From Octopus sinensis (taxonomy: Eukaryota): DNA of 64,000 nucleotides. A program made the translations under genes and the position numbers. Location: positions 64,728,001 to 64,792,000 of the forward strand of contig NC_043006.1 of assembly GCF_006345805.1 (NCBI RefSeq), in the 5' to 3' direction. The notes beneath the pieces were generated by a model. That model worked only from the letters and a program-made list of their open reading frames with translations, was not told the origin of the DNA and made no database searches. Positions 22,720 through 35,734 of this stretch are shown here, in pieces (positions within the stretch are counted from its first letter, which is position 1; each line of letters begins with the position of its first letter).

Positions 22720-22910
22720 GAAACTAGACGAAGGATTAACGGACGGGAAATACAGACAAAGACACGGAGTATTCGCAACTGAGTTTTCTTCGTCAGACAA
22801 TGAGTCAAAATATCATAATGGTTTCGTACCATTATCACTGAGACCACTCAATCTTGGAGGCGCCAGTGCTGTTATTAAGCTACTGGGAAAAAGCGATCGA
22901 ATATATTTAT
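22720..22910 (-). repeat. Dispersed repeat copy 2, with hammerhead-like scaffold
   Basis: Minus strand CTGACGAAG..CGAATACTC at 22796-22767; 8-bp hairpin ataatggt/accattat nearby. Confidence 0.7.
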
Positions 22911-22998
22911 ACATCTCTTTTCTTTCTTTCTTACGTTTCAGTAATTAGACTGCAGCCATGGTGTGTGTGTGTGTACGCGCGTGTGGAAACGAACACAA

Positions 22999-23049
<51 letters not shown>

Positions 23050-23519
23050 CATACATATATATACATATATACATACATACATACGACGGGCTTCTTTCAG
23101 TTTCCGTTAACCAAATCCACTCACAAAGCTTTGGTCGGCCCGAAGCTATAGTAGAGGACACTTACCGAAGGTGCCAAGCTAAATGGATTTCTTTGTTCCC
23201 CTTCTTTCAATCGTCGCAGCCTTTCCCCCAACACACAGCTATTACAAATACCAAGCTAAATGGCTTAATATCATGCAATGCATCTCTTTACATTTGTATC
23301 CAGATGTGTGAAATAGCAGTTTACACTGTTGAATCAGTTGGGTTCGAATTCATTGCTGGCGTTGCTTCCTTGCAGGAGCAGGTGTTGAATGTCATTAATA
23401 CTATGAAAACAACATTATATTTATAAAACAACCATAATATCAATAAATAAACAAGTATATTTATATATCAATACTCTAAATCTTATAATTATACATAACA
23501 ATTAAGTCATTTATATATT

Positions 23520-24240
23520 GTGGGTTAAGCCATTAAGAAGATGCTAGCTGCTAGGGCCGCCCCCTCAGACCTACATGCAACAGCAAACGCTGGGAGCAGA
23601 ATGTCGACCTGGGGAAGCAACTGAAGTTTCCAGAAATTCTTTTCTTTATTAGCCACTAAAAAGCTCAAGATAGAGGGACGATATAGGACAAACGGGTGGG
23701 GGTCTTTCAAAAAAAAAAATGCGTACATAGGTTTTAACAAAAGGTAAAAGGCTAAAAATTTCAGTTGTAAATATAAAAACAAACGTGGTTCCCAAAGAGG
23801 GAGTATTCTGGGTTGATCGTTAGGACAAAGCCTACAAGTTCATGCCCAAGACAAGCCTATTCGTGCAACTTTTACACCATTTTTCTCGAATTTGCGCGAG
23901 GGCAGCACCTTCCTCTCCAGTTTCAGTTTTCTTTTCAAGTGATAGCTGAATAGAATAGTTAATCAAACCATTGCCGGAAAGAAAGGTACCCGTCTTACAA
24001 TCCTTTCACCCACAACAGCCACACAACCTCTTTTGCAATAGCCATTAGTCAGAGAAACATTGCCTGTCTTTCCTTGTTAAAGGAAAGCGGCGGGGCAATC
24101 ATTATGTAGTTTCCAGAAATTGTTGTCTCAGTCTCTAAGGTTGGATATGGTACTGATTATAGAAGCAGTCAAACAGGCGGTTCTGTTGGAACTCTACGGT
24201 TCCTGGGTGGGGGGGGGGTGCGCATCGATTAGGCAAATGA
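23520..24240 (-). mobile_element. L1/Tx1-clade LINE 3' relic
   Basis: Minus-strand translation with stops and frameshifts: QAMFL*LMAIAKEVVWLLWVKGL..FLSGNGLINY..YHLKRKLKLERKVLPSRKFEK, resembling Tx1-type ORF2 C-termini; followed by a pyrimidine-rich 3'UTR. Confidence 0.55.
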
Positions 24241-24633
24241 GAGCAAGACAAGGAAATCTGCTGAGATGGTGGAGCTGTGCCAAAGCAACGGAAGAGGGGA
24301 GCAAGCAAGATGTGATGTCATGGAGGCAAGACGCAGAATGGAAGCCCGTTATGTGTGTGTGGAAGCCCATTGTATGTATTTGCCTGCGTTTGGTCCCCAC
24401 CACCACTTCTCAACCAGGGTTAGTTTACGTCCCCGTAACTCGATCAATAAAGTACTGGACTTAAAAGTAAGTACTGGGCTCGATTTGCTCGACTGAATAC
24501 TCCAAGGCAGTGCCCCAGCATGGCCGTATTCCAATGACTGAAACAAGTAAGATATATACCTTTTAAACTGCGGTTACGCTGGGGCATCGGTGTCTTTATA
24601 TATATATATAACGTATATATCTTAGCAGAACAC

Positions 24634-24687
<54 letters not shown>

Positions 24688-24816
24688 ATATGGAGGAAGG
24701 TAAAATGCACATTGGATATAAAGAAGAAAGGCTTTATTCTTTATATCCAATGTGCATTTTCTTTCCTCCTATTCATACCAGGTGTAGTTACTTTTCTGTT
24801 TGAAACCTATTTCTAT

Positions 24817-24893
<77 letters not shown>

Positions 24894-24935
24894 AATAAAT
24901 GTTTTTATATATAATGAACGTGAAATACAGGAAGG

Positions 24936-24983
<48 letters not shown>

Positions 24984-25362
24984 GGGAGGGAGGGAGAGAA
25001 ACTTCAAAGTTTCACCTTATGTAGATTTCCAAGTTACTGGCACGTTTTATAACTAAACTAACTAAATAAATTTAATCACTTCGCAGCGCAGAACACCAAG
25101 TTAGCCTAATTTCCGACTGACGGCCATAGTAGCAATTCTCTCTCTCTCTCACACACACACACACGTTTCTGTTCATTTTCCTTTTTCTTTATTTGCCCAT
25201 CAATCCGTTGGTCCGTCTACCTGAGTAGGTAGGTCTTACACACCAAACAGTTTTACGACAAAACCTGTTAGCCGACGCAGTTGTCACTACGAGATCGCTG
25301 GACCTATAAAGAGGTAGCAGTTAGCTCGCTGTGTCTTGAAAAGAAGGAGGAGTGCGTTAGAT

Positions 25363-25578
25363 CAGTGGTTCTCAACCATTTTTGCCTATGGATCTTTTTG
25401 ATTCCTATTTAACCTTATTGGACCCCATGCTAAAAAAAACCTCCAAAAAACAAACTATTTTTATAATTAAGCGCGTAAAAAAAATTATCAAAATATTTTG
25501 AACATTGCTGAAATATAACCAATTTATTGCGGATAAATTTTAACAAAATCTTATATGAACCCAGGTTGAGAACAACTG
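25363..25578. mobile_element. hAT-type MITE
   Basis: TIR CAGTGGTTCTCAACC / GGTTGAGAACAACTG; 8-bp TSD cgttagat / cgtcagat. Confidence 0.9.
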
Positions 25579-25710
25579 CGTCAGATGGTGAAGCCTCTGG
25601 TCAAACAGTATATGAAGAAAATATAAAAGAGAAACAAAATGGGATGATCACGGTTTAAACATCTTTGCTGCTCAACCAAATCATTTTGAGCAAATCCATT
25701 GATTGCTCAA

Positions 25711-25937
25711 TCAAGTCATCTGGAGTCAACAATACCAACCGACTTCAATTTGACCCTTAGGTGTGTTAATTATAATTCAATCTGTTGTAAGCTTTTGGAG
25801 CAAACATCCCTACATCCTCTATTCAAGTCATCTGGAGTCAACAATACCAACCGACTTCAATTTGACCCTTAGGTGTGTTAATTAGAATTCAATCTGTTGT
25901 AAGCTTTTGGAGCAAACATCCCTACATCCTCTATTCA
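25711..25937. repeat. 112-bp tandem duplication
   Basis: tcaagtcatctggagtcaac starts at 25711 and 25823; one mismatch seen (ttataattc / ttagaattc). Confidence 0.92.
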
Positions 25938-26354
25938 ATCGCTATGTTCCCCGTAGATAAGCTGGGCAATTGCGCGTGTAAATCTCAGGCTTGTAGGAGA
26001 GGGACCTCCAAAATCTCATGGACGTTGCTCCTACACCTACCTTCCATTGTTTTCTTTATCAGGAATCTCATTTGTATATGCCTATTTAAGTACTATTTAC
26101 TTTTTTCTGGAACGCCGACCGCCAGTACTACCACACAATCAAAACGTACCCGGATATCTTCACACAAAAGATGAGTCAGCTCTACAGGGCATTAATGAGT
26201 ATTAAAGAACAAAAGAATTGTCGAACAATGCTTGGATAAATAAAGAAATCAGTTTCGAGCTATTGCAGTGTTGATTTAGCTCTATCATTTAGTCACATGC
26301 GCGCGCGTGTGTGAGTAGTAGTAGTAGTAGTAGCAGCAGCAGCAGCAGCCAGCC

Positions 26355-26635
26355 TTGTGATCTACATTATAAAAATCTTGCGAGTCTTTAATGCGCAGAT
26401 CCAGGAACAAGATCAAATCAAAGACAGCGACTGAAGTACAATGTTGAGGGTAAAGGAACGCCTTGTGTTGCGTACATCTTGAGAAAATTGGAAGAACAAT
26501 GAAGCTATGAAACCCCAATCTACGTCTCGTTGATTACACCAAAAGCATTGATGAAGTAAACCAAGAAGAAATTAAAATGTTAAATGATAATAATCTAGAT
26601 GGAAAATATTTACGAATAATCATAAACATTTACAC
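26355..26635 (+). mobile_element. RTE-clade reverse-transcriptase relic, part 1
   Basis: ILRVLMRRSRNKIKSKTATEVQ..VEGKGT..VDYTKSIDEVNQEE..LDGKYLRII, with frameshifts. Confidence 0.8.
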
Positions 26636-26849
26636 GCATACCTCAACATATGTCCTTTTCAACTTCACGTGTTTTTTTAAAAATTAATGGTAAAATTAAA
26701 CTCAACTTCAGTCGGTTTATCTGACTTTACGTCGGTCTCAGCGAACAAATTTAAAAGCATAAAAATTAAAAACCAAAACCTAAAAACTGAAGTGGAAAAT
26801 TAAAATACACGTGGAAATATGCACAAATCATTTATTAAATTTTCTACTC

Positions 26850-27575
26850 TAGGTACAAGGCCCGAAATGTTTTGGAGAGGGGACCAGTCGATTAGATCGA
26901 CCCCGAAAGGAATGAAAGGCAAAATCGACCTCGGCGGAATTTGAACTCAGAACAAAGACAGACGAACTACCGCTAAGCATTTCGCCCGGCATGCTAACGT
27001 TTCTGCCAGCGCGTCGCCTTACACAAATCATTTATTAAAGCAGATACGAGCTGATAAAGTTTTTAAAATGTTTTTCGTGTTACGTTGCTTTTCGAGTAAA
27101 GTCGCACAGGTCTTGGAACCAATTACTGTCGTAAGTTGAGGTATGGTTGTAATGGCAACAAATAGTAGCAATCAGAATTAGAAGTGAAAGGAAAATATGA
27201 GAACATGAGGTATACATCAGGGACATGTATTAACTACCGGACCTGTTTTCATTATGTAAAGATACAATTATGCGATCTATTGAACATTTATCGAGTCTAC
27301 AGATACGAGGACAAAGCATCAACGATATCCATTGTGCAGACGACACAATACTGGTTCTTAACTAGTCTCTCCCAGGACAAACAAAACGCCCCAGAGACAA
27401 TATTTCGTCTGTCGTTACGTTCTGAGTTCAAATTCCGTCGAGGTCGACTTTGCCTTTCATCCTTTCGGGGTCGATTAAATAAGTACCAGTTACGCACTGG
27501 GTTGATGTAATCGACTTAATCCATTTGTCCTTGTTTGTCCCCTCTATGTTTAGCCTCTTGTGGGCAATAAAGAAA
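26850..27575. mobile_element. Family-B SINEs: - copy 26850-27020 and + copy 27390-27575
   Basis: Core gcctttcatcctttcggggtcga in both orientations. Confidence 0.85.
27165..27360 (+). mobile_element. RTE-clade reverse-transcriptase relic, part 2 (catalytic motif region)
   Basis: ..PDLFSL..IMRSIEHLSSLQIRGQSINDIHCADDTILV (YADD read as CADD). Confidence 0.85.
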
Positions 27576-27999
27576 TAAATCATTAGAATATCAGATGAGA
27601 AAAACGAAGATACTTGCGGCGAGGTGAAACATATCCTCGTTTATCGCGGGTTGGGGAAAAAAACAAAAACAAAAAACAACAGTGATAAATAAATCATCTC
27701 CACGCACTTTGTAAAATAGGAACGAATGGTAAATTGATTAACACCAAACTCGTGGCCCACAACAGCAAAGCTTCCACCACCATGTATTTTCTGGATTATT
27801 CTTACCTATTCCGTGTGTGCTGTTAGGATTAACCACCTTCGGACTTTTCACTGGTCCCATGTTGATGGGTACAAGTACGCAAATCCGTATAAAAAACACG
27901 CAGCCTTGTAGTGTGGTTATGTAAACACAAGCAATAGGCAGTGCATTCTGAGTGGTCGCTGTATTTATTAAATGATTCTTATCTGTCGTTGGCTGGAGT

Positions 28000-28117
28000 A
28001 CTTTTTTTCTTTCAGTATCCATCTACCAAATCCACTCACAAAGCTTTGGTTGGCCCGATGCTATAGTAGAAGAGGCCTTGTGAGCGGATTTGATAGACGG
28101 AAACTGAAAGAAGCCCG

Positions 28118-28190
<73 letters not shown>

Positions 28191-28410
28191 CATGTGCGTT
28201 TCTGTATGTGTTTGTCCTCCCCCCGCTACCATTTGACAACCAGTGCTAGTGTTTACGTTCCCGTAACTTAGCGGTTCGGCAAAAATGACCGATAGAAATA
28301 AATAAAAGGCTTTTAAAAAATAAATACTAGGGTCGATACATTCGACTAAAAATTCTTCAAGGCGATGCTCCAGCGTGGCCTCAGCCTAATGATTGGGACA
28401 AGTAAAAAAA
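28000..28410. mobile_element. Rearranged family-A SINE pieces around (TA)n
   Basis: Short inverted segment ctaccaaatccactcacaa / ttgtgagcggatttgatag, then the 3' half. Confidence 0.75.
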
Positions 28411-29214
28411 TCAAAGATATATATGATGAAAGAGCAAAATAAATAATTTCCGTACCAAATCCTGACTAACTCCTCTTAGTATATAAATTCTGTACACCAC
28501 TTCAAACGATCTATCTATGCAAAGTCTAAAGTTCAAAATGACTTATAAACTAACCATCAGTCACTGACACAGAGAAACAAACATACAAGATCGGCCACTC
28601 GCGAGCCTACACACACACACACACACACCATAAACTATAAATATTGAAGAAAAATACTAAGAAATCAATTTGTGACATCAAGAGCAGATGAGGGCTGTGC
28701 AATCGATAAGGTAGTGAACAGCGACGAAGAGTCTGATGAATCAGACGATTAAACAATTGAATAAAAACAATTGATTAGATAATTAATTAGTTAACCGAGT
28801 GTAATAATGATAGGAACAAAAATGAAATACAATTAGTGCATTTGTTTTTATTGGTAAAACGGTCCTCTCAGGGTACATCTGTTTCAACACACGATTTCAC
28901 ATCAAGGATCTTGCAAGAAAACTAGAGAAAAAAAAAAAAAAGTAAAGACATTTTTATACACACACATACACACATATATACACGGGAAGGTGAAGGGAAT
29001 TAGCACATTTAGTTGGAGTTGTAAGTATTCAATAACAGGTTGACTCGGCGACATATAACTTAAGGTTTCTTTGGCGCAGAACGCGCTCAACATCCTTAGA
29101 TTTTATGTCCGAAAATTTTGAGGTAAGAAATTTCGCCGTATAAGAAAATTCATTGTATGGATAATGATAAAGCGTATTATTCCAGCATTAATAATAATAA
29201 TCGAAATCAAATTC

Positions 29215-29480
29215 GATGACTGGCATCCGTGCAGGTGGAGCGTTAAGAGAACCATCCGAGCGTGATCGTTGCCAGAGCAGCTAACTGGCTTCCGTGCTGG
29301 TCGCACGTAAAAGCACCCACTACACTCTCGGAGTGGTTAGCGTTAAGAAGGGCATCCAGCTGTAGAAGCTCTGCCAGATCGGATTGGAGCCTGGTGAAAC
29401 CATCTGGTTCGCCAGGACTCAGTCAAATCGTCCAACCCATGCTAGCATGGAGAGCGGACGTTAAACGATGAATAATAATG
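29215..29480 (+). mobile_element. Family-C RTE-tail repeat, CpG-rich
   Basis: gcacccactacactctcggagtgg..ggacgttaaacgatg. Confidence 0.85.
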
Positions 29481-29559
29481 GCAAAAATGTTTAGGGTGAA
29501 ATTTCCTATAACCCTTAGATATATGGTACCTTCAAGTTGTCATTATTTAGATTCATTAC

Positions 29560-30420
29560 GGCGGCGAGCTGGCAGAAACGTTAGCATGCCGGACGAAATG
29601 CTTAGCAGTATTTCGTCTGCCGCTACGTTCTGAGTTCAAATTCCGTCGAGGTCGACTTTGCTTTTCATCCTTTCGGGGTAGATTAAATAAGTACCAGTTA
29701 CGCACTGGGTCGATGTAATCGACTTAATCCGTTTGTTTAACCCCTTGTGGGTAGTAAAGAAATAGGTATTTCGTCTGCCTTTACGTTCTGAGTTCAAATT
29801 CCGCCAAGGTCGACTTGCCTTTCATCCTTTCGGGGTAGATAAATTAAGTACCAGTTGCGTACTGGGATCGATCTAATCGACTGGCCGCTTTCCCTCAAAT
29901 TTTAGGCCTTGTGCCTAGAGTAGAAAAAATTATTTAGGTTCATTAAAGCAGCGAGCTGGCAGAAAACATTAGGACGCCAGGCGAAATGTTTAGCGGTATT
30001 TCATCGGTCTTTACGTTCCGAGTTCAAATTCCGCCGAGGTCGACTTTGCTTCTCATCCTTTCGAGATCGATAAATCAAGTACCAGTTGCGTACTGGGGTC
30101 GATGTAATCGACTACACTCCTCCCCCAAATTTCAGACTTTATGCCTTTAGCAGGAAGGATTATTTAGGTTCATTTCTAAGGCAGCAAGCTGGCAGATTTG
30201 TGAGCACGCCGGGCAAAATGCTTCGCGGCATTTCGTCCGTCCTCACGTTTTGAGTTCAAATTCTACCGAAGTCGACTTTGCCTTTCATCGATGAAATAGG
30301 TCGACGAAGCTATTTCCTTTTGAATGAAACACGTACCAGTTACGCACTGGGCCGATGTAATTGACTAGTCCCCTCACCCAAAATGTCAGGCCTTATGCCT
30401 TTAGTAGAAAAGATTATTCA
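29560..30420 (+). mobile_element. Head-to-tail cluster of family-B SINEs including a dimer
   Basis: Four repeats of the core between 29560 and 30420; dimer junction aaagaaatag|gtatttcgtct at 29765. Confidence 0.9.
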
Positions 30421-30827
30421 AGTTTATGTCTAGATTTCTTGCCAATGGAGAAAGAGCCGGTTTCTAAACTAAATCCAAAGCTTCATTAAAATTTCAATAA
30501 CATCAACAGGGTACTTCTGCACTGTATGTATGTAGTTATGTTTTCTTAGCTTTAGAAGTCGGTTGAATGCATTAGATCAATGGTAAATCTTGGATATATG
30601 TATAAGATGTGGTTTGGATAGGGAGAGTGTTCTGGATATGAGACGTTTTGGCACAGCCGTTTTGGCGTCACTGACTTGTTTGACATCAGACGTTTTAATG
30701 CTTCTCTCGTCTCTCTCTAATTTTATCGGTATGTGTACGTATATTTCTGCACGCGCGCGCACAGATACATGATCTTCCGCGATCTAATTGCTTGAAATAT
30801 TATTAGCTGGCGAAAATCCTGATTTTA

Positions 30828-30987
30828 CCGTATTTACTCGTGTATAAGACGCACCCGTACTCCACCTTGGTTCAAACTGTTTTCCCTTCGTTGTTTTATC
30901 TTTGTCCCATATATAAATCGCAATCCCAGTATTTTCCAGTGAAAAATTAAGTACAAAATACTGCGACGTATACACGAGTTAATACAA
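30828..30987. mobile_element. pogo/Tc2-like MITE
   Basis: TA|ccgtatttactcgtgtataagacgca ... tgcgacgtatacacgagttaatacaa|TA. Confidence 0.8.
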
Positions 30988-31482
30988 TACGCTATCGTAT
31001 ATCACAATTTTTAACCCTACATTCTCTCCCGATTCTGTCCGATCTAATGAACCGACAATTATCTACTGTATGTTGATGGTGTGTGTAATTACGCTTTACC
31101 CGTTAATTATCAATTCATTAACCTATGTTTCATTTAAATTTAAATCGACAGTTGTTTTCTGACCTAACGGTTCAATAATTTTCATTTCATGATTATGAAG
31201 TATATATAAAGATAATGAAAATACTTAATTAAACTTAGATTTGTTCATTCACTCATTTATTAAAGCATTTACTTTCACTTATCCGTTCTCTTTTCCGTGC
31301 CGTAATTACTTGACATCAATTTTTGAATAATTTAAACCGTCTATTCATTAATCTGGTTCTCATTAAATTTGATTTATTCAGCTATTCTCATCATTTTCTC
31401 CGTAGATACTAATAATAATATTAACTATAATTATCACAAGCTAAATAACTGCTTTCATTCAGCTAATTAATTTTCCTACAAA

Positions 31483-32075
31483 GGCGGCGAGCTGGCAGAA
31501 ACGTTAGCACGTCGGGCGAAATACTTAGCGGCATTTCGTCTGCCGCTACGTTCTGAGTTCAAATTCCGCCGAGGTCGACTTTGCCCTTCATCCTTTCGGG
31601 GTCGATAAATAAAGTACCAGTTACGCACTGGAGTCGATCTAATTGACTTAATCCTTTTGTCTGTCCTTGTTTGTCTTCTCTACGTTTAGCCCCTTGTGGG
31701 CAGTAAACAAATAAAAAACGTTTGCACGTCGGGCGAAATGTTCAGCGACATTTCGTCCGTCGCTACGTTCTAAGTTCATATTCCACCGAGGTCTACTTTG
31801 CTTTTCAACCTTTTCGAGGTCGATAAATTAAGTACCAGTTACGCACTGAGGTCGATGTAATTGACTGGTCCCCTCCACCAAAATTTCAGCCCTTGTGCCT
31901 GTAGTAGAATTATTAGTATCATCATAACAGCGACATTTCGTCCGTCGCTACGTTCTAAGTTCATATTCTGTCGAGGTCGGCTTTGCCTTTCATCTTTTCG
32001 ATGTCAATAAAATAAGTACCAGTTGAGCATTGGGGTCGATGTGATCGACAGGCCCAGACCCCCAAATTTCAGGGT
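31483..32075 (+). mobile_element. Cluster of three family-B SINEs or fragments
   Basis: Head ggcggcgagctggcagaa at about 31484; cagcgacatttcgtccgtcgctacgttctaagttcatattc repeated at about 31743 and 31928. Confidence 0.88.
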
Positions 32076-33126
32076 TTGTGCATATAAGAGAGTTAATAGT
32101 ATCATCATTTTTGTGCAGAGCATTCAGTAGATCGCCCCTTTTCATTACACACACGTTAGTTGACAGCTCTCACTTTCTATGTCTCTTTGTCAAGGCTACC
32201 GGACAGCTACGAGTCCCTCAACTGCAGTTGAAGGAAGAAAAGAGACCAAAAAGAGAAAGGAGGGAGAGACCTGGATACACACGGGTGTGTGGAGAGAGAA
32301 AAGATCTTGTCAAGGAGACAAAGAACAAACGATAACTGCACTAAAGGGGAATCAACGAAAATAATTTGATAGCTTACAAATATCTCAGAGAGAGGGGGAG
32401 AGAGAGAGAAAGAGGTAGAAGTGGAAAAGAAAAACTCGTGTGTTAATATAATTCATTTCAGACAGGAGCTTCAATGTTTTTTTTTGTCTCATTTTATTTC
32501 CTTATCGAACACGCACGCACACACACACACACACACACAAGTTCTAAGAAAACAAGGAAGAATTTAAGCTGATTTGCCGTGTGAAGTGAATATTCTAGTT
32601 TCGAACTCCAACACGGGGTGTGAGTGAGAAAGCAGAAGAAAATGAAGTCAATCGGATTATGTATGAATATTTACTCGTTTCAGTGATTGCACTGCGGTCA
32701 TGCTGGAGCAACGACATGAAGGGCTTTAAGGCGAACAAATCGACCTCAGTACATGTTTTAAAACAAGTCTGACACTTATTCTAGCGGCGTCTTTTGCCGA
32801 ACCGCTAAGTTGAGGGAACGTAAAGTAATATCGACTGTGAAGCAGAGGAGACACACACACACACACACACACACAAAGGGCTTCTGTCAAGTCTCTTAAC
32901 CATACTGCTATGCTTGTAAACGAGGTAAATGTAAATAAAGGCAACGTTTAAAATTTTACATTCTTATGGCGTGACACGGTTATAGAAATCTGGTTTGTAT
33001 GAAAACATGTTAGCATATTTCTATACTCATAACTTAGCGGTTTAGTAAAAGGGAACGATATAATAAATACCAGGCTTTAAAAGAAAATAAGTACTGGGGT
33101 CGATTACTTCGACTAAAATTCCTCAA

Positions 33127-33410
33127 CGCAATGGCCCAGTGGTTAGGGCAGCGGACTCGCGGTTTCGATTCCTAGACCGGGCGTTGTGTTAGTTTATTGA
33201 GCGAAAACACCTAAAAGGTCCACGAGTCTCCGGCAGGGGGTGGTGGCGACCCCTGTTGTATTCTTTCGCCACAAATTTCTCACTGTCTCTTCCTGTTTCT
33301 TGAGTAACGCTTCGATGGACTGGCGTCCCGTCCAGCTAGGGGGAACACATATGCCACAGAAACCGGGAAAATGGCCCATGAGCCTGGCTAGGCTTGAAAA
33401 GGGCGACAAA
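33127..33410 (+). mobile_element. tRNA-derived SINE with a Deu/Nin-like central domain, inserted into a family-A tail
   Basis: TSD aaaattcctcaa (33115) / aaaaatcctcaa (33411); domain gatggactggcgtcccgtccag..gaaaccggg (family name from memory). Confidence 0.75.
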
Positions 33411-34439
33411 AAAAATCCTCAAGGGTGTACTCCAGCATGGCCGCAGTCCAATGACTGGAACAAGATAAAAGATATACATACATACATAAACAATGACTTG
33501 GATTAAAGCCTGTTTATTCAATTATCTATTTCAAATTTTAAATGGTGCATTCCTGCTGTATGATAGCATATGGTAGCCGAATACAGTAGAGAGGCTTTGA
33601 AATGCATGTTATGAGGTTATTATCCAGATTATATCACACACACACACACACACACACACACAATGTAAATATATATATATATATGACGAAAAATAGCCTC
33701 AGTAAATATTTTTTTACTGGAATTAGTTAGAAACCATGGTCTAGGAACTAAATGAGATGGTAAACGTTTTTAATTTTCATTCCTTTCGAGAATTTATCTC
33801 TAATTAAGTGGTTTGAGTTTTCTACTGCTCTTTCTAGCACAAGGCTTTCCTATTTGGAAGCCTCTGATGTGTTTTAATGTACAAGATATATATATGTATT
33901 ATTTATACTAGCTTTTGGTATGTAGCTTTTAAGCAACTAACCCCGATTGGGAAGATCTGCAAACAGATCTCTGACTTGTTTTGGAGAATTTATTGCAATT
34001 GCTTCCTCCAGGGTCATATCCCAATGATCACATTCGTCGCTAAAAATCATGTAAAAAAAAAAAAAAAAAAAAACATCACCGAAAACAATCGCAGTAATGA
34101 AAACACAGGAATCCAAAATTTCAGGATTGCAGGTCCGCATTCGGCCCGAAATGTTTTTAATTTACTCACGGAGTTAACCTAATTCCAAAATGGTATATGT
34201 TGGGCTAAGGCCTCAGTAAAGTTGAAGGAGTGTGGTACAATGACTGACATTTGCATTTATTATATTAGATATGTTTAAATTTGGGGAAACTGTATTTCAA
34301 TTAAAGTGTATTTTATGTATGGGTGTGTGTGTGTACACACACATATATCCGTATGTATGTATTAAAGAAAGCAAAAAATAAAACAAAAACGAGTGTTCAG
34401 TAGTTGGTTCAGTATGCTGGCCACAAGAATTTCTGTATA

Positions 34440-34531
<92 letters not shown>

Positions 34532-35734
34532 CAGATAAAGAGAGACAGAGAAGAGAAGTTGGATAACTTTGCACAAAAAGATACGGGTGTCACTTGTACA
34601 GAAATTATCGGACGGGAAACAAAGTGAAGAAAAAATGAGATTTAAGAAAATTGCTCAGTACCTAGGTCGTGAAGACAAAAAAGTCAGGGCAACAGAATAG
34701 CAAAGAAAGGAGAGCAGAGCAGACAATAGCATAATACGAAATTTAAATGGAACAACAGGTTGGATACAAAGACAGGAAGGTAGGTTGTGTGGAATGCAAG
34801 GTATGAGTCGATGCACGAAGTGGAGACGAGGGGGAGTAAATGTGCAGAGAAGGGAGATAACTCAGTGCTTCTTGTAAAGAGAAAAACAAAATGTAAATGC
34901 AAATAAAGTGAAAAGGGGTGGAGCGAATACAGAGAAAGGGGCGTGGCAGACAGAATAGAAAGAAAGAGAGACGGAGTAATGAGTAGACGCACGAAAACAA
35001 AAAAGTGAGTAAAATGCAATACAACGAAAAGTTACGTATGGCGAGGGAATAGATAGAGAGAGAAAGAAAGAGTGTAGTACTATAAAAAGAGAAAATGAAG
35101 ATAAACAGTGAGTGACGAGATGATCAGAGGAAGAATGAGATTACAGAAAATAAAGAAAAAGCGGAGGAAGACGAGAGAGAGAGACATGTAAAAAAAGTAA
35201 GCTAAAGCGATAAAAGTAGAAATGTAGGTAGAGGGAGGAGCAAAAGAAGTAGTGGTGGGAGAAGAAACGGTAAGAGGGGGAACACATGATTTGGGGGTGG
35301 AGCTTCATTTTGAGAGGAAAGCGTTAAATGGATGTTTCGGTAGCTTTTGCTTGTGAGAGGGGCGAGGAGGCTGTCCGCTCTCTGCGATGCTTATGTGGAT
35401 GCGGCCCTCGGGTGGGGGAGAGCAAACTGGTGTATACTACCATAGGAACAAACCACGTGATTTTACGATATTGTCACCGCTTATTGCAGCGGTTGTATCA
35501 TGTGGTTCCTAATTACAGCTAGACAGACTGTGCCGCTGAGTGGTATCTACTGACAGCTAGGCGAACTGCGTCACAAAGGGATCGTACAGCTATTTGGACT
35601 GTATAATCGATTGGTACAATTTCAGCTCGAGCCAACGAGAAAGCCTCTATGTAGTCGCCTGACCTGCTGAAATAACAGCCAAATGTTTCATGTCCCATTA
35701 ATAGAAAAAAAAAGTCACACTTATTGTTTTAAAT

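Noticed and set aside
27738-28022. Minus-strand ORF containing AG|GTAAGA at about 27812 as an alternative upstream exon
   Set aside because: Starts inside a SINE fragment; no promoter or acceptor support; such donor words occur by chance several times per window
28720-28755. gtctgatgaatcagac hairpin with CTGATGA
   Set aside because: No GAAA core; simple short hairpin
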